Source: an uncultured Candidatus Saccharibacteria bacterium (GTDB taxonomy: Bacteria; Patescibacteriota; Saccharimonadia; Saccharimonadales; JAGQNJ01). Taken from it: a DNA stretch of 64,000 nt. The position numbers and the translations under genes were made by a program. Position 1 is the stretch's first letter. Each line of letters opens with the position of its first letter. Of the stretch, positions 19,574-28,847 are shown piece by piece. The notes under the pieces were generated by a model. It was not told the origin of the DNA and searched no databases. It was given only the letters and a program-made list of their open reading frames with translations. The stretch spans positions 257,621 to 321,620 of the forward strand of contig CAZBGZ010000001.1 of assembly GCA_964491925.1 (NCBI GenBank). The letters run 5' to 3'.

Positions 19574-21100
19574 ATGGACCAAACAGCTAAACAAAGCACA
19601 GTTGACCGCATACAGCAGGCAACAAACGTCCTGGTGACGGTCAGTAATGACCCATCAGTCGACCAACTATCAGCGTGTATTGGTTTAACGCTGTTTTTGA
19701 ACAAGCTTGGCAAGCACGCAACGGCTGTATTTAGTGGCAAAGTTCCATCTACACTAGAGTTTTTACAACCAGATAAAACTATAGAAAAAGACACTGATAG
19801 TTTGAGAGATTTCATTATTTCATTAGACAAATCCAAGGCCGACAAACTTCGATACAAGGTCGAAGACAAGGTGGTGAAGATATTTATAACCCCATATAGG
19901 ACCTCGCTGTCGGATAAAGATTTAGACTTTAGCCAAGGTGATTTCAACGTTGACGTGGTTATCGCATTAGGTGTGCATGGAAAAGAAGAGTTAGACAGGG
20001 CAATAGTGGCTCATGGCAGAATTCTGCATGATGCAACAGTGATTTCTATTAACAACGAAACAGCTAGCACAATAGGCACAATTAACTGGCAAGACCCTCA
20101 AGCGAGTTCGTTGTGCGAGATGTTAGTTGAAATGGCTGATGTAATGCAGCCGGATAGTTTTGATGGACAAATGGCAACTTCATTTTTGACCGGTATTGTT
20201 GCAGAGACGAAGCGTTTTAGCAACGAAAAAACAACCTCTAGGACCATGACTCTAAGTGCTCAGTTGATGGCGTCTGGGGCAAATCAGCAACTGGTAGCTA
20301 CACAACTACAATCAATCGGCGGCACCAAATCTTCTAGAAATGATGAAACTAGTGAAGTTGATGATGATGGGACCCTTGATATAGACCATGATTCATCGGA
20401 AGAAGATCAACCAGATGTACCCTTACCGGAACCATCTACATCAAATGATCAAAACAGCCCGATTAACAACGTGAAAAGTGAAGATTATTCTCAAGATGGA
20501 AGTAGCTTGCGGACAGCATCTACAATTTCAGGTCACTCTGATGGACCAGAAAGGAGTGGCTCGCTTACGGCAAACACCAGGCCTGAAGAGTCGACAGCGA
20601 CAGCCGATCCTTTGATAGGGGGCGATAATGGTGGACTAATAAAGAAAGATGACGATTGGGTTATGGGCAGGACAGCCCCCAACGATCTAGGGGACAAGAA
20701 GCTATCCACAATTGAAGATGCGGTCATAGACCAAGACAAGACTATATCGGATATTGAAAAAACAGTTGGTAGCTCTCACATCGGCACGCCTAGCTCAACT
20801 GCTGCACCAGCTATCTCTGCACTGGAAGAAACTGCAAAGAATCTAGCAGAAGAGATGCCCAACCAACCAACCGCTAGGGTTGGTTCAACCCCGCTTGATA
20901 TGAATGTTCAGGGGCAGCAACCCAGACCAGCTGACTATTTTGTAAATACTAACGTACCGGAAAGACAAAATACCAATAGCCAGTCTCTGAGTTTACCCTC
21001 AGACCCAGGCATCCCCCCCGAACAAACAGCAGCAGCTAACGATAGTCCGTCAGCACCACCTCCGGTACCACCCCCAATGATGCCGCCAGCATCTAGTTAA
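19574..21100 (+). CDS. DHH-superfamily (NrnA-like) protein with degenerate catalytic motifs and a roughly 260 aa disordered Pro/Ser/Asp-rich tail
   Basis: N-terminal region aligns in pattern with NrnA (NVLVTVSNDPSVDQLSACIGLTLFLNKLGK), but DxD is replaced by SVD and DHH by GVH (VVIALGVHG). The C-terminal half is low complexity and ends PPPVPPPMMPP. Confidence 0.5.
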   Translation: MDQTAKQSTVDRIQQATNVLVTVSNDPSVDQLSACIGLTLFLNKLGKHATAVFSGKVPSTLEFLQPDKTIEKDTDSLRDFIISLDKSKADKLRYKVEDKVVKIFITPYRTSLSDKDLDFSQGDFNVDVVIALGVHGKEELDRAIVAHGRILHDATVISINNETASTIGTINWQDPQASSLCEMLVEMADVMQPDSFDGQMATSFLTGIVAETKRFSNEKTTSRTMTLSAQLMASGANQQLVATQLQSIGGTKSSRNDETSEVDDDGTLDIDHDSSEEDQPDVPLPEPSTSNDQNSPINNVKSEDYSQDGSSLRTASTISGHSDGPERSGSLTANTRPEESTATADPLIGGDNGGLIKKDDDWVMGRTAPNDLGDKKLSTIEDAVIDQDKTISDIEKTVGSSHIGTPSSTAAPAISALEETAKNLAEEMPNQPTARVGSTPLDMNVQGQQPRPADYFVNTNVPERQNTNSQSLSLPSDPGIPPEQTAAANDSPSAPPPVPPPMMPPASS

Positions 21101-21143
21101 TACTTGCCTAAGTTTAGATTTTGCCTGCATACTGTTTTGGTAT

Positions 21144-21809
21144 ATGAATGGTATTTTATTGATAGACAAGCCTAAGGGTTGGACCAGTTTTGACGTTGTG
21201 GCCAAGGTTAGAGGCATGGTCAAGCAATCGACAGGCCAAAAACGTCCAAAAGTCGGTCATGCCGGTACTTTGGACCCGCTAGCTACCGGATTACTCATTA
21301 TTTTGGTTGGAAATTACTGCAAAAAGGCTCAGGAGTACTCAAAACTAGACAAAACCTATGAGGTCCAGCTAAAACTCGGTGAAACCAGTACGACAGATGA
21401 CGCAGAGGGCGAAATCACCAAATCTAGCAACAAGATCCCGTCAAAAGACGAAGTTTTAAAATCGATTAACAGTTTTGTGGGTGAAATACAGCAAGCCCCG
21501 CCAATATATAGTGCTATAAAAATTGATGGCAAACGGGCTTATAAATTAGCGAGGGAAGGCAAGCAGCCCGAAATGAAACCCAGACTAGTCACTATATACT
21601 CGATTACAAATATTGATTACGAATATCCATTCATTAACTTCACAACAGAGGTCAGCAGTGGCACTTATATTCGTTCACTCGTTCGAGACACAGGCGAAAA
21701 ACTAGGAATAGGCGCCTACATGACAGGCCTTCGAAGGACATCCATAGGAAAATATAAAATTGAAGATGCAAGAGAGACCGATAATCTGAACCTTGACGAA
21801 AATAGGTAA
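21144..21809 (+). CDS. truB: tRNA pseudouridine(55) synthase
   Basis: GILLIDKPKGWTSFDVV and the catalytic-Asp motif GHAGTLDPLATGLLIILVG. Confidence 0.85.
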   Translation: MNGILLIDKPKGWTSFDVVAKVRGMVKQSTGQKRPKVGHAGTLDPLATGLLIILVGNYCKKAQEYSKLDKTYEVQLKLGETSTTDDAEGEITKSSNKIPSKDEVLKSINSFVGEIQQAPPIYSAIKIDGKRAYKLAREGKQPEMKPRLVTIYSITNIDYEYPFINFTTEVSSGTYIRSLVRDTGEKLGIGAYMTGLRRTSIGKYKIEDARETDNLNLDENR

Positions 21810-21894
21810 TTTTATCCTTAGCAAAAGTCTACGAGAAAGAGCTCTGACACTAGAATATTTGATATAATCTTGTAAGTGTGAGCATATATTATAT

Positions 21895-22779
21895 ATGCAT
21901 AGTGTTATTGCGCGTCATGAAACTGTTCCCGCAAGTGATGGTACAGAAATTTACAATCCTGACTTAGTGTACCAAGGAGGGGCTGTAAGTAGTGATGTTA
22001 TAACTTTACGTCTAGCAAAAGATGCGGCCCACAACAAACTTGGTAGCGACATTGTAGTCCCTGAGCTAGCTGTTCAAGCAACAGGTTCTGTTTTTGAAAG
22101 TACTGCTCAGGTTGAAGTAGATGGTCTAAAAGTTAACGTGACCATTGATACCGGGAAGATGAAGTGGGAATATCCTGAGGGTGTTATAAGAGATGACTTT
22201 TTGGATTATGAAGGTACTAGACGCCAATCTGCACTTTTTACTTACGGTGGCGAACTTTTGCTTAGGGGTCACGACTCTCCGTTAACAATTGCTCGGCAAT
22301 CTATGGTGACACCAGACGACAAACCAGTTTTTGCTTGGTTTGCTGAGATGCCCGCAAGTATAGAGTATGTAGCGACGCGGTATGGCTTAATCGAACTAGC
22401 GAGTTTTTGTATACAGCTCTATCAAAAGGCTAAAGCTGATACTCCTCTAGAGTATTTTGACAAAATCAGTGTGCCCGCCGTGGAGACTGACTTTACGGAT
22501 AGTCTCGATGAAATTGAAAAGGCTAACCCTATATTAGAAAGCGCTGTTCAGCGAGTGCAATTAGCGCTTGACTATACTGGAGCTAGAGCTATGGCAACAA
22601 CTGAAATGGTTCTACGAGGGGCCCCGCCCCCAACTCGACGTTACGAATTTGGAAAACATGGGGATGTAAGCTACTGGTTTACAGGAGTAGATGATAAGGA
22701 AACTACACCGTTCGCTGTTACTCACACAAAACCCGAATCATGGTTAACACCATCAGAGAATGCCAATTTTGACTTCTAG
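21895..22779 (+). CDS. Hypothetical protein
   Basis: 294 aa ORF with no recognisable family. Confidence 0.4.
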   Translation: MHSVIARHETVPASDGTEIYNPDLVYQGGAVSSDVITLRLAKDAAHNKLGSDIVVPELAVQATGSVFESTAQVEVDGLKVNVTIDTGKMKWEYPEGVIRDDFLDYEGTRRQSALFTYGGELLLRGHDSPLTIARQSMVTPDDKPVFAWFAEMPASIEYVATRYGLIELASFCIQLYQKAKADTPLEYFDKISVPAVETDFTDSLDEIEKANPILESAVQRVQLALDYTGARAMATTEMVLRGAPPPTRRYEFGKHGDVSYWFTGVDDKETTPFAVTHTKPESWLTPSENANFDF

Positions 22780-22807
22780 TATAAAGTTCAACCCGATAAA
22801 TTTAACC

Positions 22808-22835
22808 TTGACAAATATATAATAACTGATACAAT
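22808..22835 (+). promoter_or_regulatory. Sigma-70-type promoter (TTGACA-16-TACAAT) positioned for a leaderless transcript of the downstream ORF
   Basis: TTGACA at 22808-22813, 16-nt spacer, TACAAT at 22830-22835. The ATG at 22843 lies about 7 nt after the -10 element and has no SD. Confidence 0.5.
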
Positions 22836-22842
22836 ATAGAAT

Positions 22843-23151
22843 ATGAGTATAAGGAAACGAGTTGGCGAGTTTTTGCATGGTAGCCAACCGTACACAACAG
22901 AGCAACAAGAAGCGTTAGGCGATAGAAACAGATTAGCTAAATACGCAGCTACGCTGGGCGGTGGTGCGCTTTTATTCGCTGGGGCTGCTGTAATCGGAGT
23001 CCAGAATGGTCACGAGCTCCTCGAATCTACAACGGTGACATTAGATGTTGTATCAGGTGGACTTGCATTTGGCGCAGGCTGGATGACAAGAGCGGCTGTT
23101 CAGGCGCAAGCAGAAGTAGTAAGAGTAAGCACTCCACAAACCGAACTGTAG
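22843..23151 (+). CDS. Hypothetical small protein with a Gly/Ala-rich hydrophobic segment
   Basis: 102 aa ORF containing ATLGGGALLFAGAAVIGV. Confidence 0.35.
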   Translation: MSIRKRVGEFLHGSQPYTTEQQEALGDRNRLAKYAATLGGGALLFAGAAVIGVQNGHELLESTTVTLDVVSGGLAFGAGWMTRAAVQAQAEVVRVSTPQTEL

Positions 23152-23269
23152 AAAAACAACGACTCGTGTTTATATATTAGTCTGGTTGTTAACGTTGTGA
23201 TAATGGTTGAACACATAAATAATTCTTACCTCTTGATAAGCGATGGTAATGGTGTTAGAATGGATGCGA

Positions 23270-23536
23270 ATGATAGTAAAAGAGAAGAAGCAAGCAATAA
23301 TTACTGACTTGCAAAAAGGGAAGAATGACAACGGCAGTAGCGCTGTACAAGTTGGTGTTTTGACTGCGCGTATCGCAGAGATTACCGAACACTTACAGAC
23401 GAACAAGCACGACCACATGGCACGCCGTGGATTGTTGCAAATGGTCGGAAAGCGTAAACGACATCTGGCATATATTGCGAAACAAGACAGCAAAGAGTAT
23501 TTAGCATTAATCAAAAAACTCGGGCTTCGAAGGTAA
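23270..23536 (+). CDS. rpsO: 30S ribosomal protein S15
   Basis: KQAIITDLQKGKNDNGSSAVQVGVLTARIAEITEHLQTNKHDHMARRGLLQMVGKRKRHLAYI matches S15. Start set at the internal Met (MIVKEKK) rather than the 23243 ORF start. Conserved rpsO-pnp synteny. Confidence 0.85.
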   Translation: MIVKEKKQAIITDLQKGKNDNGSSAVQVGVLTARIAEITEHLQTNKHDHMARRGLLQMVGKRKRHLAYIAKQDSKEYLALIKKLGLRR

Positions 23537-23679
23537 ATTTGCATAGACTTTCTAGGGCTAGTTAGCCTTACAGCTTGTGCACATTAACAGCTAACGGTAT
23601 CGTGCCGTAGCAACAGATATATGACCGTTCGAATAAGCACAGGGGCGGAACCAGTATATTTGAACTATGGCCCGAACGT

Positions 23680-25824
23680 TTGCAAGATAGAAAGGAATCC
23701 ATGGGAACAATAAATCCATTTGGAAAAGACATTATAAAAGTAGAAACAGATTTTTGTGGTAAAAAGCTGTCATTAGAAGTAGGGCGAGTTGGTTTTCGTG
23801 CCACCGCCTCAGTATTAGTACGTTACGGAGATACAGTAGTGCTCGGCACGGCAATGGTTAGTAATAAAAGTGCTCAGGGCTTTGACTATTTCCCACTTAG
23901 CATAGATTATGAAGAAAAAATGTACGCTGCAGGAAAAATCAGTGGCTCTCGATTTATAAAAAGAGAAGGCCGTCCCAGTGACGACGCAATTTTAATAGGT
24001 CGTCTAATAGACCGTCCAATTCGTCCATTGTGGCCGAAGGGCTACCGCAACGAAGTTCAGGGTGTAGCATCCGTTATGAGTATGGACCCAGACTTTCGCC
24101 CTGACGCGGTTGCCATGATTGCCCTATCTAGTGCATTCATGCTGAGCGGAGCGCCATTCGACGGTCCGGTTGCCGGAGTTCGCATCGGGATGGTTGATGG
24201 CAAGCCGAAAGCTTTTGCAAAACCAGAGGAGCTAAGAGATGGCAAATTAGACCTAGTTGTGGCCGGTACAGAGAACGGCGTAATGATGGTAGAGGCTGGC
24301 GCATCAGAAGTGAGTGAAGATGAAATGGCTGAAGCTATTGAATATGGGTATAAAATGATTCAACCAGCTATAAAATTGCAACAAGAATTAACCAAGAAAA
24401 TTGGTGTCACAAATCAGGATTACGAGTTAATACTACCAGACAGCGACATTCAGGATCGTGTTGACAGTTGGTTAGCCGGGAAACTAGGCGCGGGATTACG
24501 CATGCCATACCCAGAGCGTAACGATTTAGTAAATAAACTGCGTGATTCAATGCACGAGCATTTTACAGAAGAGTTCGGTGATGATTTTTCCGAACTAAAG
24601 AGTGATTATAACGATGCATTCACTATGGCGCTTCACAAAGATGTTAGAAAGGGCATCGTTGACGACAACGCACGCCCAGATGGCCGCGCCCTGACAGAAG
24701 TCAGACAACTGTCTAGCGAAATAGGCATATTGCCAAGAGCCCACGGGTCTAGTCTATTTACTCGCGGCCTAACCCAGGCTTTCAATATCGTGACACTAGC
24801 ACCTCTCAGTTACGCGCAGATGGTAGACACTATGGAAGGCAGTGGCGAACGACGTTATTTGCACCACTACAACGCACCAGGATGGACAGTTGGTGAAGTA
24901 AAACGACTTGGTTCTCCTGGCCGACGTGAAATCGGTCATGGATATCTAGCAGAACGGGCTGTAACAGCTGTTTTACCATCCGAGGCAGAATTTCCTTACA
25001 CTATACGTTCAGTAACCGAAATCATGAGCCAGAATGGTTCTACATCAATGGCAGCAACTTGCTCTAGCGTGTTGGCGCTAATGGATGCAGGTGTGCCACT
25101 AAAACGACCAGTTAGTGGAATCGCTATGGGTTTGATGGTAGATGGCAATAAGACTTATATACTAAGCGACATTGCTGATGCAGAGGACTTTGCTGGTGAT
25201 ATGGACTTTAAAGTTACGGGTACTGAAAAAGGAATAACGGCTTTGCAGATGGATATGAAAGTCCATGGTCTTCCGGTGGCAACACTAAACGAAGCGTTAA
25301 TGCAGGGTAAGGACGGTCGCGCACACATCCTAAAGCATATGATAGAAACAATTGCACAGCCAAAGAAGGAAATGAGCCCATATGCGCCAAGAATCGATAC
25401 TATAACTATAAATCCTGAAAAAATAAGAGATGTTATAGGCAAGGGCGGAGAGATGATCAACAAAATTATTGCCGAAACAGGTGCTGAGATTGACATCAAG
25501 GACGACGGCACAGTTATGATTGCTAGTAACGACCAGCTTTCTAGAGACAAGGCAGTGCAGTGGGTAAAAATGCTGACAGCCGAGCCTGAAGTCGGGATGA
25601 TATACGAGAACTGTCGGGTGGTAAGCGTGTTGGATTTTGGAGCTTTTGTAGAAATTATGCCTGGCAAAGAAGGTCTAGTGCATGTTTCTGAGCTATCCGA
25701 AGAGCGTGTCAGTAAACCAAGTGACGTTATATCTGTTGACGACCGCGTTACTGTCAAACTTCAGGCGATTGACGAAAAAGGTCGACTAAACCTTAGCATG
25801 AAAGCCGCCAAGAAAAAGCAGTGA
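23680..25824 (+). CDS. pnp: Polynucleotide phosphorylase (PNPase)
   Basis: Two RNase PH-like domains, a KH domain (ITINPEKIRDVIGKGGEMINKI) and a C-terminal S1 domain. Sits downstream of rpsO. The true start may be Met8 (MGTINPF). Confidence 0.95.
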   Translation: MQDRKESMGTINPFGKDIIKVETDFCGKKLSLEVGRVGFRATASVLVRYGDTVVLGTAMVSNKSAQGFDYFPLSIDYEEKMYAAGKISGSRFIKREGRPSDDAILIGRLIDRPIRPLWPKGYRNEVQGVASVMSMDPDFRPDAVAMIALSSAFMLSGAPFDGPVAGVRIGMVDGKPKAFAKPEELRDGKLDLVVAGTENGVMMVEAGASEVSEDEMAEAIEYGYKMIQPAIKLQQELTKKIGVTNQDYELILPDSDIQDRVDSWLAGKLGAGLRMPYPERNDLVNKLRDSMHEHFTEEFGDDFSELKSDYNDAFTMALHKDVRKGIVDDNARPDGRALTEVRQLSSEIGILPRAHGSSLFTRGLTQAFNIVTLAPLSYAQMVDTMEGSGERRYLHHYNAPGWTVGEVKRLGSPGRREIGHGYLAERAVTAVLPSEAEFPYTIRSVTEIMSQNGSTSMAATCSSVLALMDAGVPLKRPVSGIAMGLMVDGNKTYILSDIADAEDFAGDMDFKVTGTEKGITALQMDMKVHGLPVATLNEALMQGKDGRAHILKHMIETIAQPKKEMSPYAPRIDTITINPEKIRDVIGKGGEMINKIIAETGAEIDIKDDGTVMIASNDQLSRDKAVQWVKMLTAEPEVGMIYENCRVVSVLDFGAFVEIMPGKEGLVHVSELSEERVSKPSDVISVDDRVTVKLQAIDEKGRLNLSMKAAKKKQ

Positions 25825-25842
25825 TAAACAAGGAATCTTAGA

Positions 25843-26067
25843 ATGGTTCAGAGAAAGAAGCTACAGAAACAATCCGTACACCCAGCTCAAACACCAGGTG
25901 GTTACATTATCACTGGTCTGATAATGTGGGCTATTGGTTATTTGCTTTCGATTCTCGCAGTTGATAGCGGCAGTTTATTGCAGTGGGCAGGGACCGCGAT
26001 GGCGTTTATATGGGGCTCGGTGCGTGTAATTCAGGGTGTCGTTCGGGCCCTATCAGATAAAAAATAG
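25843..26067 (+). CDS. Hypothetical small membrane protein
   Basis: 74 aa with two predicted TM helices. Confidence 0.35.
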   Translation: MVQRKKLQKQSVHPAQTPGGYIITGLIMWAIGYLLSILAVDSGSLLQWAGTAMAFIWGSVRVIQGVVRALSDKK

Positions 26068-26068
26068 T

Positions 26069-26635
26069 ATGAGCACGAAACAAGATCAATTAAACAAGCT
26101 AAAGAAGCAAATTATTGATAATAATGTCTGCCCGGATTTATCCAAAACAGCAACCCAGCTAGTTTTTGGGGATGGAAACTCTAATGCGGAACTGGTTTTT
26201 GTCGGCGAAGCACCTGGGAAAAATGAAGACCTTCAGGGCTTACCATTTGTTGGTGCTGCCGGCAAATTTTTGAACGAAATGCTCGAAACAATCGGGTTGA
26301 AACGCGCAGATGTATACATTACTAATATCGTAAAGTACCGCCCCCCGAATAACCGTGATCCACTACCAGAGGAAAAAATCGCATTTTTACCATATTTGCG
26401 CAAGCAGATAGAGATAATAAAACCAAAGCTTATTGTCACGCTTGGTAGGCATTCAATGGAATGTTTTCTACCAAGCCTGAAAATTAGCCAGGCGCACGGT
26501 CAGCCGAAACGTTTGCAGGGACAAGTTTACCTGCCACTGTTTCATCCGGCTGCCGCACTGTATAACGGAGGACTGAGAAAAACTTTATTAGATGATTTTT
26601 CCAGGATTCCCATCATATTAAACGAAATTAAATAA
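26069..26635 (+). CDS. Uracil-DNA glycosylase, family 4
   Basis: VFVGEAPGKNED (family-4 GEAPG motif), GAAGKFLNEML and ITNIVKYRPPNNRDP. Start chosen at the ATG 26069 inside the 26036 ORF. Confidence 0.8.
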   Translation: MSTKQDQLNKLKKQIIDNNVCPDLSKTATQLVFGDGNSNAELVFVGEAPGKNEDLQGLPFVGAAGKFLNEMLETIGLKRADVYITNIVKYRPPNNRDPLPEEKIAFLPYLRKQIEIIKPKLIVTLGRHSMECFLPSLKISQAHGQPKRLQGQVYLPLFHPAAALYNGGLRKTLLDDFSRIPIILNEIK

Positions 26636-26665
26636 AACATTTTTAAAAAGGAGATATTCAAAATA

Positions 26666-28747
26666 ATGAATACAAATAATAATAAACCCGGGACTAATAA
26701 ACCGCCCCGGAACCAAAATAATAATCGGCCAAATGGCCGAACCAATACCCCAAAAAATGGGGGGCTAGCCTCGTCTAGAGGCGCAGCTATTCGTGCTCAA
26801 AAGCGTAGCCTGGACGATGCTCGGAAGATGGTGGACCAATATAGGGCCGCCAAACCAACAGAAGGCAAATCGCGACGTGCGAACGTAATTACTGAAGATT
26901 TTGACAAGCTCAAGATTACTTTTCTGGGTGGGCAAGAAGCTATCGGTGAGAAAAACATGCAAGTTATCGAGTGGCAAAATGACGCCATTATACTCGACTG
27001 CGGGAACAGTTTAGGAATTGAACTGCCAGGTATCAACTACAGTATTGCCGACACGACTTACTTGGACGGCATAAAACACAAAATTCGTGCCTATATCATC
27101 AGCCATGGGCACCTTGACCACCTTGGCGGCCTCAAACACATCGTGCCAAAATACCCAGCTCCCATTTACGCTTCTCGTTTCACTATGGGTGTAATTGAGA
27201 AATCATTTGAAGATGTGCCGCAAGGGGCAGAACACTACACGCCAAAAACAGTTGTTATGAACATGGATAATCACGAAAGACTAAAAGTTGGAGTATTCAT
27301 GGTGGAACTAGTCCGCATCACGCATTCGGTTCCAGAGTCTAGCGCAATTGTCGTAGATACGCCTATTGGGCGGGTAATTAACACTGGCGACTGGCGCCTA
27401 GACCCAGAGCCACTCGACGAAAAGCCTACTGATGTTGTCCGTCTGAAACAGCTTGGACAAGAAGGGGTTTTGTTGCTGATGAGCGACAGTACTGGGACGG
27501 ATAAAGAGGGACGAACACCGACGGAATCAACCCTGCAACAGAGTTTCCACGATGTTATAGGTCAAGCGCAAGGTCGAGTGTTTGTGGCTATGTTCTCTAG
27601 TAATATGAACCGAACACAAATGGTAATTAACGCCGCTGTCGCCGCTGGTAGAAAAGTTGCTCTCGACGGACGAGGCATGTTGGCATATTCTGAAATTGCT
27701 GTGCGCCAAGGGCTTTTAAAAGTTCCAAAAGGTACGCTTATGGCTATGCGGGATATTGCAAAGATCGCAGACGATAAAATATTGGTTATGTGTACTGGTG
27801 GTCAGGGAGAGCCAAACGCCGCCCTAACCCGAATGAGTGATGGCACCCACAGCCATATAAAACTACATCCTGGCGATACTGTGGTAGTTAGCTCTACTCC
27901 AATACCAGGTAACGAAATTCGCTATCAGTTGATAGGTGACCAGCTAACAGAGCTGGGCGTACATATATTTAGTCATCCAACCCATGATATTGATGGCTGC
28001 GGTCCTCTGCACGTTTCGGGGCATGCACGAAGAGACGAATACAGAGAATTGCTTCATATCGTTAAACCAACTTACTTTTTGCCAATTTATGCAGGCGCAA
28101 GACACAGAAAGCGATACATTGAAATGGCTGTCGAAGAGGGGTGGAAACGAGATAGTACAATTCTAGCCAAGAATGGTGAAAGCATACTTCTAAGTTCTGA
28201 TAAGTGGGAGCGCGGTCCCGAGGCACCTTACGGCACAATATTAGTCGACCAGACTGGTGCAGTTGTGAGCAACGTTGTCGTAAAAGACAGAGTTATATTA
28301 GCCGAAGAGGGCATGGTTGCTGTTGTGCTTACTATTGACCGCAAGAGTGGCCAACTATTAACTAGCCCTGATATTCTGACCAGAGGATTCATCTATATCC
28401 GTGATTCTGAAGAGCTAATGACTGGGCTCCGAACAGAGCTACGCCGGGCAGTCTCACAGCGTTATAAACGAATTGATTTGGACCGTTTCAAGGCCGAGCT
28501 GAAAGACCACGTCACGCATTACTTGTACGACCAGACACAGCGTTCACCTATAGTAATACCTGTCGTAAACGTAATCAACGGCAGCAAAGTCAACGACAAG
28601 CCGACTAGCCAAAGAGCCAATAAAGATGGCCGTCCTGAGAAACCTCAAGAAGAAGTAAAATCTCCTGAAGATATGGCCGAAGAACAAAAACATCGATTTG
28701 AAGAAATGCGAGCTCGTTTGTTAAACCCAGATTCTCGCCCAGAGTAA
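26666..28747 (+). CDS. rnj: Ribonuclease J (metallo-beta-lactamase/beta-CASP) with Asn/Pro-rich N-terminal extension
   Basis: HxHxDH motif ISHGHLDHLGG, beta-CASP region and a C-terminal domain. The first roughly 60 aa are low complexity (NNNKPGTNKPPRNQNNNRPNG). Confidence 0.85.
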   Translation: MNTNNNKPGTNKPPRNQNNNRPNGRTNTPKNGGLASSRGAAIRAQKRSLDDARKMVDQYRAAKPTEGKSRRANVITEDFDKLKITFLGGQEAIGEKNMQVIEWQNDAIILDCGNSLGIELPGINYSIADTTYLDGIKHKIRAYIISHGHLDHLGGLKHIVPKYPAPIYASRFTMGVIEKSFEDVPQGAEHYTPKTVVMNMDNHERLKVGVFMVELVRITHSVPESSAIVVDTPIGRVINTGDWRLDPEPLDEKPTDVVRLKQLGQEGVLLLMSDSTGTDKEGRTPTESTLQQSFHDVIGQAQGRVFVAMFSSNMNRTQMVINAAVAAGRKVALDGRGMLAYSEIAVRQGLLKVPKGTLMAMRDIAKIADDKILVMCTGGQGEPNAALTRMSDGTHSHIKLHPGDTVVVSSTPIPGNEIRYQLIGDQLTELGVHIFSHPTHDIDGCGPLHVSGHARRDEYRELLHIVKPTYFLPIYAGARHRKRYIEMAVEEGWKRDSTILAKNGESILLSSDKWERGPEAPYGTILVDQTGAVVSNVVVKDRVILAEEGMVAVVLTIDRKSGQLLTSPDILTRGFIYIRDSEELMTGLRTELRRAVSQRYKRIDLDRFKAELKDHVTHYLYDQTQRSPIVIPVVNVINGSKVNDKPTSQRANKDGRPEKPQEEVKSPEDMAEEQKHRFEEMRARLLNPDSRPE

Positions 28748-28760
28748 GAGGCATACTAGT

Positions 28761-28789
28761 TTGACAAATGTTGTATATTTTGCTATAAT
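28761..28789 (+). promoter_or_regulatory. Consensus sigma-70 promoter TTGACA-17-TATAAT upstream of ftsK
   Basis: TTGACA at 28761-28766, 17-nt spacer, TATAAT at 28784-28789. A second, extended -10 element TGGTATAAT lies at 28828-28836, just before the ATG at 28848. Confidence 0.55.
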
Positions 28790-28847
28790 AAGTATATGTT
28801 GAAACTAGTAGTAACAGATGACTAACCTGGTATAATCTAAAACAGTT

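Noticed and set aside
23152-23242. Putative promoter upstream of rpsO (TGTGATAAT extended -10-like)
   Set aside because: No convincing -35 element at proper spacing. Too weak to report as a feature.
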